Source of the DNA: Myxococcota bacterium | GTDB taxonomy: Bacteria > Myxococcota_A > UBA9160 > JAFDDA01 | Length of the DNA: 64,000 nucleotides | Assembly: GCA_965228475.1 (NCBI GenBank) | Contig: OZ245817.1 | Span: 2,528,001 to 2,592,000 of the forward strand | Direction: 5' to 3' | Shown: piece after piece, positions 8,853-16,161 of the stretch | Position numbering within the stretch: the first letter of the stretch is position 1 | Layout of the letters: each line of letters opens with the position of its first letter | Notes under the pieces: model-generated | Databases searched by the model: none | Told to the model about the DNA's origin: nothing | The model's input: only the letters and a program-made list of their open reading frames with translations | Made by a program: the position numbers and the translations under genes

Positions 8853-9935
8853 ATGAGACCCGCGGCTCGCAGCGCGGCGCGCATCACCCTCGCGGGCCTG
8901 GCCCTGCTGTCGACCGGCTGCCAGCTCGTCGGGCCGCGCACGGTCGACATCGGCCGGGTTCACTACAACACGGTCATCCAGCGCACCGGGAACGAGCAGA
9001 TGCTGCTCAACCTGGTCCGTCTGCGGTACAGCGACACGCCCTTCTTCCTTCAGGTGGCGAGCATCTCCACGGCCTTCGAGTTCAAGACCGGGGCGAACGT
9101 GGGCATCGGCGTGAGTCCCGGGACGTACCTGTTCGGCGGCGACGTCGAGCTCGCCGAACAGCCGACCGTCACGTACACGCCGCTCGAGGGCGAGCAGTTC
9201 GTGAAGAGCGTGCTCACCCCGATCGACCTCGCGACGGTGCTCCTGCTCTATCACTCCGGCTGGGCCATCGACCGGCTCCTGCGCATCACCGTCCAGGAGA
9301 TGAACGACGTCCCGAACGCGCCGAGCGCATCGGGCCCGACGCCCAAGACCGCGCCCGAGTACGAGACGTTCCTGGGCGTCGCCGAGGCCCTCCGAGAGCT
9401 CCAGTCGCGCGGCGACATCTCCCTGGCCGGCCGCGCCGGCCCGTCCGGCACCGAACTCCAGCTCACCTTGGAGCCCGACGCCGTCGGCAGCCCCGCTCAC
9501 CGGGCCTTCGCTTCGGGTCTCCGGCTCGATCCGGCCCTCGCCCAGTACCGTTTGGTGACGGACGCCGGCCTGCGGGAGCCGGATCAGATCTCGGTCGTCA
9601 CGCGCTCCCTGATGGCGTCCTTTTTCTACGTGTCGCAGGGCGTCGAGGTCCCGGAGGAGGACGAAACCGCCGGCCGGGTCAACACGACGCGCACGGCGGC
9701 CGGCGAGCGCTTCGACTGGAACTTCATCCAGGACGATCTTTTCCGGGTCCACCAGGCCGAGCACCTGCCGGACCAGGCGTCCGTGAGCACCCATTATCGG
9801 GAACGGTGGTTCTACATCGCCGACGCCGACCTCGAATCCGAATCTACATTCGCGTTGCTCATGCAGCTCTTCTCCCTCCAATCGGGAAACGTGCCCTCGA
9901 GCGCCCCCCTGCTGACCCTCCCGGTCAGCCGCTAG
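8853..9935 (+). CDS. conserved hypothetical lipoprotein
   Basis: AGGAG SD, LSTGC lipobox; QMLLNLVRLRY.DTPFFL and PTVTYTPLEG..F motifs look like a conserved uncharacterised family. Confidence 0.75.
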   Translation: MRPAARSAARITLAGLALLSTGCQLVGPRTVDIGRVHYNTVIQRTGNEQMLLNLVRLRYSDTPFFLQVASISTAFEFKTGANVGIGVSPGTYLFGGDVELAEQPTVTYTPLEGEQFVKSVLTPIDLATVLLLYHSGWAIDRLLRITVQEMNDVPNAPSASGPTPKTAPEYETFLGVAEALRELQSRGDISLAGRAGPSGTELQLTLEPDAVGSPAHRAFASGLRLDPALAQYRLVTDAGLREPDQISVVTRSLMASFFYVSQGVEVPEEDETAGRVNTTRTAAGERFDWNFIQDDLFRVHQAEHLPDQASVSTHYRERWFYIADADLESESTFALLMQLFSLQSGNVPSSAPLLTLPVSR

Positions 9936-9947
9936 CCGCCTCCCGTC

Positions 9948-10002
9948 CGCCACGACAGCGCCACGACAGGCGTTGACGCATCGGCCGCCAGACCTGTAAA
10001 AG
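9948..10002 (+). promoter_or_regulatory. 2 x 11-bp direct repeat (CGCCACGACAG) just upstream of a putative -35 (TTGACG, 9973-9978)
   Basis: Exact repeats at 9948-9958 and 9959-9969; the -10 match (TAAAAG, 9997-10002) is weak. Confidence 0.45.
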
Positions 10003-10083
10003 GAAAGGGCCGTCGGGGGCCTTTTGCCTCCTACTCAGCTTTTGCGCGGAAACCGACCGAGCTGTCCGGTTTAGGGGGATTGT

Positions 10084-11937
10084 ATGCGCGTGCCTCATCG
10101 ACCTCTGTTCATTGCTTTCGCTCTCGTTGCCATGCACTTTCAGATCGGTGTGGGCTGCGCAGAGCCGCTCACCATCAACGTGACCTCACCGAGCCACGGC
10201 GAGTTCTCGACCGCCAGCTCGATCACGATCACCGGGTCCGTGACGGGCGTGCAGCCGGCCAACGCCGCGCTGACCATCAACGGCTCGCCGGTGACGGTCG
10301 CCGGGAACTCGACCTTCTCCGCGAACGTCGCCCTCGATGGCAACATCGTGTTCAACCCGTTCCTGCTCGAACTCACGAACACCAACACGAACGTCACGAT
10401 CCGCGATCGGATCGTGGTGATCGCCGGTGAGTCGGTCGCGGACGGAGCCCTGTCCGAGGACAGCATCGCGCTGCGCCTGAACGACTCGGGCCTCGACTCC
10501 ATCGAAGGGGTCGTGAGCAGCCTGGTCAACTTCGACCTCGCCACGCTCCTCCCGGTCGGGACGGCGGTGATCAACGACTTCTGCGCGATCGACGGCGGCT
10601 TCCTCGGCTGCCTCGGCAGCGTGGACGTCGTGATCGCCAACCCGACGCCGAGCATCTCGGGCTTCTCGATCGACATCGACTCGCTGGTGAACGCCGCCGC
10701 GGGCGACGTCACGATCAACGACCTCGACGTCCGGGCGCAGATCAACGGCTCGGGCATCGCCCCGAGCTGCGGGCTCCGCCTCACCGCGAACTCGCTCGAC
10801 ATCCTCGGGGACTACACCCTCGAGCCCGACGCTCTTGGCGACGCGATCGACGTGAACCTCATCACGTCGCCGCCGGGCATCGTGTTCTCGGGCTTCAACA
10901 GCGAGTTCACGAGCGGCCTGTGCGACTTCCCGCTGATCGGCAGCCTGATTCAGCTGATCATCGGCGACGTCCAGCCGATCGTCGTGAACGGCCTCCGGGA
11001 CTTCCTGGACGATCCGGACGGGGCCGGCCCCGCGGACGCCCCGCTCGCGGAAGGCATCGAGACGGCTCTGGCCGAGATCTCGATCGCCGGCCCGATCGGC
11101 GAGGGCCTCGGCCTGAACCTCGAGGCGCCGCTGTTCGCCGTGGACGAGGACAACGCGGGCATCACCCTCGGGTCCGATGGCCGCATCACCTCGACGCCGT
11201 GCACCCCGCCGCCGAACGCGCCGGACCTGCTGGCTTCCCTGGCCGTGCCGGAGCCGTTCCCGAGCTTCGGGGCGCTCACGCCGGGCGGCCTGCCCTACGG
11301 CCTCGGCATCTGCGTCTCGACGGCGGCCTTCAACCAGCTGCTGAAGGCCGAGACCGAGTGCGGCCTGCTCCAGACCACGCTGACGGAGCTCGACCTCGAT
11401 GGGCCCGGCGGCAACCCGCCGCTGCCCATCACCGCAGCCGTCCTCGCGACGTTCATCCCCGAACTGGCCAACGCCGACCCGTCGACGCCCTTCGCGATCA
11501 ATCTGATCCCGACCCTGGCGCCGGCCCTGACCGGCAACCCGGGGCCTGCGGGTGAGATTGCCGAGCTCCGGCTTGGCGGTCTGGTCGTCGAGGTCGTCGA
11601 GACCATCGGAGGCCAGAAGATCATCGACGGTCAGGTCGACTTCCGCGCCGGCCTGGACTTCAGCTTCGACAGCCAGACCAGCGAGCTCGTGCCGACCATC
11701 GGCGCGGTGGGCGCCGGGGACATCAACGTCGACATCGTGAACAACACGGTGATGACGAACCCGACCCAGCTCGCCTTCATCCTGGAGATCCTGCTGCCGG
11801 GCCTGCTGCCCACCCTGGGCGACTCGCTCGGCTCGTTCCCGCTGCCGGAACTGCTGGGCCTCCAGATCCAGGGCGTGTCCGTCGAGCAGAACGGCGAGTT
11901 CGTCTCGCTCTTCGCCGACCTGGTCCCGACTCCCTAG
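10084..11937 (+). CDS. secreted/lipoprotein with N-terminal Ig-like domain and two BPI/LBP (TULIP)-like domains
   Basis: Signal ending GVGC; Ig-like ITITGSV..LTINGSPV; SIALRLNDSGLDSI, GSLIQLI, VSTAAFNQLL..CGLL and GSFPLPELLGLQIQGVSV..FVSLFADL mirror BPI landmarks. Confidence 0.7.
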   Translation: MRVPHRPLFIAFALVAMHFQIGVGCAEPLTINVTSPSHGEFSTASSITITGSVTGVQPANAALTINGSPVTVAGNSTFSANVALDGNIVFNPFLLELTNTNTNVTIRDRIVVIAGESVADGALSEDSIALRLNDSGLDSIEGVVSSLVNFDLATLLPVGTAVINDFCAIDGGFLGCLGSVDVVIANPTPSISGFSIDIDSLVNAAAGDVTINDLDVRAQINGSGIAPSCGLRLTANSLDILGDYTLEPDALGDAIDVNLITSPPGIVFSGFNSEFTSGLCDFPLIGSLIQLIIGDVQPIVVNGLRDFLDDPDGAGPADAPLAEGIETALAEISIAGPIGEGLGLNLEAPLFAVDEDNAGITLGSDGRITSTPCTPPPNAPDLLASLAVPEPFPSFGALTPGGLPYGLGICVSTAAFNQLLKAETECGLLQTTLTELDLDGPGGNPPLPITAAVLATFIPELANADPSTPFAINLIPTLAPALTGNPGPAGEIAELRLGGLVVEVVETIGGQKIIDGQVDFRAGLDFSFDSQTSELVPTIGAVGAGDINVDIVNNTVMTNPTQLAFILEILLPGLLPTLGDSLGSFPLPELLGLQIQGVSVEQNGEFVSLFADLVPTP

Positions 11938-11959
11938 GGGCCCGCGTCTCCGAGCCTGC

Positions 11960-12007
11960 GCCCCCGTGACGGGACGATCCCAGATCGTCCTCGTCACGGG
12001 GGCTTTC
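11960..12007 (+). terminator. intrinsic terminator-like hairpin
   Basis: GCCCCCGTGACGGGACGATC-CCA-GATCGTCCTCGTCACGGGGGC followed by TTTC. Confidence 0.75.
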
Positions 12008-12096
12008 TCGTTCTGGCCCGGCGGTTTCTGGTAGGATCCCGGGTGGCGAAGGGGCCACCGCCGCGCGTCCGACCGGGCGCCGGCCGGAAACCGCCC

Positions 12097-15000
12097 ATGC
12101 GCCTCCTCCTGCCCCTCCTGCTGACCCTGTTCGCTCTTCCCGCCCCGGCCCCCGCGGCGCCCGATTCGGGCGAGCTCGTCTATCTGAACGAAGGCAACCG
12201 CCTGCGGCGCTTCGACGTCGACACGCTCGGCCAGCGGCTTCCCGCCCAGGACGTCCTCGTCCAGCGCGAGGGGCCCGAGGGCCCGGGCGGAGGTGACGCC
12301 GGCGCGACCCCGAACGGGAACGACATCAACGGGATGATCTGCCCGTTCCCGGACGGAAGCGGGCGCTTCGTCGCCGGTGAGGACACGCACCAGCCGACGC
12401 CGCCCGCAGGCTGGGGGATCTACGCGCCCGACGGCTCTCTGGTCGGCAAGATGACCCCCACCTATCCGACCGTCTCCCCCGAGACCTTCGGCTGCGGGTT
12501 CAACTCCGAGGGCCTCCTCTTCACGACCTCGACCGGCGACCCGGGCATCGGCTTCGGGAACGGGCAGCTGATCCTCTGGTTTCCGCCCTACGAGGGCTTC
12601 CCCGGCCCCCCGGGCGCCTACCCGGAGACGAACGCCCGGAGCGAGAACTTCTGCGTCCTCGCCAACGACATCGGCACCGCCACGGGCGTCGCGATCGACG
12701 ACGACGACAACGTCTACGTCGCTTCGGGCGGACTGCTCCGCGTCCTGCGCTTCGCGCCGCCCTTCCCGACCGGGCTCGGCCCGGGCGAAGGCTGCGAAGG
12801 CACCGACCCCCAGGGCTCCCCGATGGCCGACGCCGTGAACCGCTCCATCGCCGTCCAGGGAAACCTGGCCTCGCTCTACAGCACGTTCACGGGCCTCGCG
12901 ATGGCACCGAACGGGAACCTCTACGCAGCGAGCATCATCAACGGGACGATCGGCGAGTTCCGGCTCGACACGGGCGACCCCTCCCAGGCCTCGACCTTCG
13001 TCCGTCACATCCTGCTGCCCACGGACCCGCCCTTCCCGTTCGAGACCGGCACGCCCCAGGGCCTCGCGGTGGGGGGCGACGGCAGCGTCTACTACGCCGA
13101 CATCGACCTCGTCGGCACCTTCCCGAACCTCGGCCCGGGGCCGGACGGAAAGCTCCGCCGGATCCGCTTCGACGGGAGCGGTGACCCGCTCCCGCCCGAA
13201 ACGATCCGGGACGGACTCGCCTTCCCGGACGGCGTGGCGGTCCTCCCGGGGCATCTGCCCTCGAAGGAGTGGCGCAGCTACGCGGGCGGTCCGGAGCGGC
13301 TCTTCCACAACCCCGACGAGTTCATCCTCGGCGCGGCCCAGGCCGGCTCGCTCGTGCAGCGCTGGCGCTTCGAGACCGACGCCATCATCACCGCTTCGCC
13401 CATCGTGGCGCGCCTCGACGTTCCCGGAGAGGGCCCGCAGTCGATCGCGTTCATCCAATCCTGGGACGGGAACGTCTACGCCGTGCGCGTGAAGGACGGG
13501 ACCGAACTCTGGCGGTTCGCCACGGAGCCCCAGCCCGGGGCGAACTTCCCGAACACCGGCTCCGCCCACGTCGAGAACGTCGACGGGCGCGAAACGGTCT
13601 TCATCGCCAGCGGACACCTGGCCTACGCCCTCGATGCGATCACCGGCGAGGAGATCTGGCGGTTCACGGCCGGCACGGGCTGCCGTGACGAGAACGGCGT
13701 GCCGCCCGGTGCGTGCACGATCGGAGGGGAGCGCAACGAGATCGAGACCTCGGCCATCGTCGCGGACGGGAAGGTCTACTTCGGGATGGACGTGAACGAC
13801 ACCGTGGGCGGCAAGGGCGGCTTCTTCGCCCTCGAGACGACCACCGGGCACCTCGCCTGGTTCTTCGACCTCGAGTCCGGGAAGACCTGCCGGCCCTTCC
13901 CGGGCGATGAGATCGACCAGTTCGACGCCTACCACGACGCCGCCGATCTGAACCTCCCGGCGGACTTCTTCAGTACGCGGCCGGGCTGCGACTTCCCGCG
14001 CAGCCAGACCGGCTGCGGCAACGTCTGGGCGACGCCCTCCTACGACGCGGGCCGCGACACCCTCTACGTCGCGGCGAGCAACTGCGACACGCGCACCGGG
14101 CCGGGGGACGACCCGCGAAAGCCCGACCCGCCGATGCCCCCCTTCGACCTCTCGGTCTTCGCGATCACGGCGCAGGGGACCCCGACCTGGCGCTACCGCT
14201 CCTACGCCGTCGACAACGAGGACTTCGCCTTCGGCGCCTCGCCGAACCTGTTCTCGATCGACGTGCCGGGCCTCGGCTCCGTCGACGTGCTCGGCATCGG
14301 GCAGAAGGACGGCCACTACCGGGTGCTTCCGCGCGACGGCGTGAACCCGCTGAGCGGGATCGACTGCACCGTGCTCGACGCCAACGGCGTCCCGGGCTGC
14401 GTCGACACCAACCTCGGCGGAGCCCCGTCCGAGCCGGCCGACTTCCCCGAGTTCCCCTTCTGGGACACCCAGGTCGTCCCCGGCGGCCGCGCCGGGGGCG
14501 TGATCCTCACCGCCGCCGCCAATCCGGTGGACCGGCGCATCGTCTTCAGCACGGCGCCGGGCTTCGACCCGCTGGCCCCTCAACAGCCGACGCTTCACAT
14601 CCTCGACATGGACACGGGCGACGTCGTGTGGGACGCGAGCCAGCTGCCCGTCCAGGACTCGGTCACCGAGAGCGCGAGCTTCGCACCGACGAGCACGGTC
14701 CCGGGCCTCGCCTTCTTCGGGACGGTGCCCTTCGACCTGCTCCGGGTGATCGCGACGGAAGACGACGACCCGCAGGAGGTCTTCGTCTATCCGCTTTCGG
14801 GCTTCCCGATCTCCGGAGCGGCCTCGGGCGCCATCGTCGTGGACGGCACCGTGCTCGTCGGTCACGGCATCGGCGTCCGCGGGAACCCCCAGGACCAGGG
14901 GACCCTGACCTCGAACATCCCCTCGGCCCTCGTGGCGCTGTGCGCCCCCGGCACGCCGGGCTGCGCGCCCTGCAACGACGGCATCGACAACGACCTGGAC

Positions 15001-16152
15001 GGCCTCGTGGATGGCGACGACTCCGGCTGTACCGGCCCCGGGGATCTGAGCGAGCGCCCCGATTGCATGGACGGCCTCGACAACGACCACGACGGCCTCG
15101 ATGACTGGCCGAGCGACCCCGGCTGCCGGAACCGCCTGCCGCGCTCCGTCGAGAGCCCCGCCTGCGACGACGGCATCGACAACGACGGCGACGGCGGGAT
15201 CGACCGCGACCCGGCGACCGGCGACCCCGACCTCCAGTGCGAGGCCGCCTGGGACGAGAGCGAAGGCGAGAGCAGCGGCCCGAGCTGCGGGCTCCTGGGC
15301 ATCGAAGCGCTGGCCGCGCTCCTCTGGCTCCGCCGGCCGCGTGGACGGCGCCGCGCAAGCGCCCGGCTCGTCGCGGGCGCGACGCTCGGACTGCTTGCGG
15401 CCGGGCTGCCGGCCGGCCTGGCCGGAGCGGCCCCCATCCCCGTGAGCGTCGGCGTGACGCTCGGAGTCGAGTTCCCGGGCGCGACCCTCTTCACCGGCCC
15501 GGAACAGTTCGGCACCGTCACCGTCGATGCCACGGCCCGGACGGTGTCCCTGCCGGCGGGGGTCCTCTCGCTCTCGGGCACGGTCGCCGGCCAGGTCGGC
15601 TTCACGCTCCGAAACCCGGCGGGTACGTTCCGGCCGGGCGGTGCCTCGGCGGGCACGTGCCCCGGGCCGCTCGGCGGCCAGGGCGCCTGCATCCTCGGCG
15701 CCGCCGTCGGAGGCGGCTTCGGCGGGACGCTGCCGCTCTCGGGCACGGTCCGGATCCTGTCCGCGTCGGCGTCGCTCCCGGCGACGGCCATCGGCGCGGC
15801 GCGGACCGCCTCGGCCGCGGGGAACGTCCTCCAGGGAGCGCCCTTCACGACCCGGACCGCGGCGGTCACGACCACGGCCAACGGTTTCTGGACCACCGCC
15901 CGCGGCAACCTTCCGGCAGGCTGGCTCACCGCTGCCGGCAACCCATCGGCACCGCCGGTCCAGAGCCTTCTTCTCGTGAGCCCGGTCCACGTCCAGCTCG
16001 CCGGGAGTGCATCCCCCGTGCCCGTTTTCGTGACCCTGTCGATTCGTGCGATACCCGAACCCGCCGCTGGGGCACTCATGCTGTGCGGCTGGCTCGCGCT
16101 CATGGCTAGCCTCCGGTGGCCGATGCTATGGTCCGCCGTTCTGCGAAGATGA
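12097..16152 (+). CDS. large surface (poly)protein: NHL/SMP-30-like propeller, PQQ-type propeller, Cys/Asp repeats, internal Cys-Gly anchor, internal signal peptide and PEP-CTERM domain
   Basis: Signal MRLLLPLLLTLFALPAPAPA; GLAMAPNGNLY and TPQGLAVGGDG blades; WRFETDAIITASPIV and GNVWATPSYD PQQ-type blades; CGLLGIEALAALLWLRRPRGRRR at 15286; IPEP at 16051. Alternative GTG start at 12043. Confidence 0.8.
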   Translation: MRLLLPLLLTLFALPAPAPAAPDSGELVYLNEGNRLRRFDVDTLGQRLPAQDVLVQREGPEGPGGGDAGATPNGNDINGMICPFPDGSGRFVAGEDTHQPTPPAGWGIYAPDGSLVGKMTPTYPTVSPETFGCGFNSEGLLFTTSTGDPGIGFGNGQLILWFPPYEGFPGPPGAYPETNARSENFCVLANDIGTATGVAIDDDDNVYVASGGLLRVLRFAPPFPTGLGPGEGCEGTDPQGSPMADAVNRSIAVQGNLASLYSTFTGLAMAPNGNLYAASIINGTIGEFRLDTGDPSQASTFVRHILLPTDPPFPFETGTPQGLAVGGDGSVYYADIDLVGTFPNLGPGPDGKLRRIRFDGSGDPLPPETIRDGLAFPDGVAVLPGHLPSKEWRSYAGGPERLFHNPDEFILGAAQAGSLVQRWRFETDAIITASPIVARLDVPGEGPQSIAFIQSWDGNVYAVRVKDGTELWRFATEPQPGANFPNTGSAHVENVDGRETVFIASGHLAYALDAITGEEIWRFTAGTGCRDENGVPPGACTIGGERNEIETSAIVADGKVYFGMDVNDTVGGKGGFFALETTTGHLAWFFDLESGKTCRPFPGDEIDQFDAYHDAADLNLPADFFSTRPGCDFPRSQTGCGNVWATPSYDAGRDTLYVAASNCDTRTGPGDDPRKPDPPMPPFDLSVFAITAQGTPTWRYRSYAVDNEDFAFGASPNLFSIDVPGLGSVDVLGIGQKDGHYRVLPRDGVNPLSGIDCTVLDANGVPGCVDTNLGGAPSEPADFPEFPFWDTQVVPGGRAGGVILTAAANPVDRRIVFSTAPGFDPLAPQQPTLHILDMDTGDVVWDASQLPVQDSVTESASFAPTSTVPGLAFFGTVPFDLLRVIATEDDDPQEVFVYPLSGFPISGAASGAIVVDGTVLVGHGIGVRGNPQDQGTLTSNIPSALVALCAPGTPGCAPCNDGIDNDLDGLVDGDDSGCTGPGDLSERPDCMDGLDNDHDGLDDWPSDPGCRNRLPRSVESPACDDGIDNDGDGGIDRDPATGDPDLQCEAAWDESEGESSGPSCGLLGIEALAALLWLRRPRGRRRASARLVAGATLGLLAAGLPAGLAGAAPIPVSVGVTLGVEFPGATLFTGPEQFGTVTVDATARTVSLPAGVLSLSGTVAGQVGFTLRNPAGTFRPGGASAGTCPGPLGGQGACILGAAVGGGFGGTLPLSGTVRILSASASLPATAIGAARTASAAGNVLQGAPFTTRTAAVTTTANGFWTTARGNLPAGWLTAAGNPSAPPVQSLLLVSPVHVQLAGSASPVPVFVTLSIRAIPEPAAGALMLCGWLALMASLRWPMLWSAVLRR
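14971..15240 (+). repeat. three Cys/Asp-rich coding repeats (CxDGxDNDxDGxxD), putatively Ca-binding
   Basis: CNDGIDNDLDGLVDGDDSGC, CMDGLDNDHDGLDDWPSDPGC, CDDGIDNDGDGGIDRD...DLQC. Confidence 0.85.
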
Positions 16153-16161
16153 GGGTCCGCG

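Noticed and set aside
10003..10083. Known riboswitch (e.g. c-di-GMP-I) in the BPI-like gene leader
   Set aside because: Hairpins are present but I could not match the conserved core of any riboswitch class; kept only as a generic structured leader
10084..11937. Enrichment of N-glycosylation sequons as proof of OST substrate status
   Set aside because: Seven sequons among roughly 30 Asn in a Ser/Thr-rich protein is not clearly above chance
14971..15240. GACGGC/GACAACGAC nucleotide repeats as a CRISPR or DNA-level repeat array
   Set aside because: They are degenerate, in-frame protein repeats with no constant repeat-spacer structure and no cas genes
10186..15990. 1934-aa minus-strand ORF, and other very long shadow ORFs (32729-36931 +, 32769-37085 -, 40785-45365 +, 56690-60124 +, 43279-46083 -)
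   Set aside because: They are antisense or off-frame to well-supported genes, Arg/Gly/Ala-rich and without motifs, as expected from stop-codon scarcity at high GC
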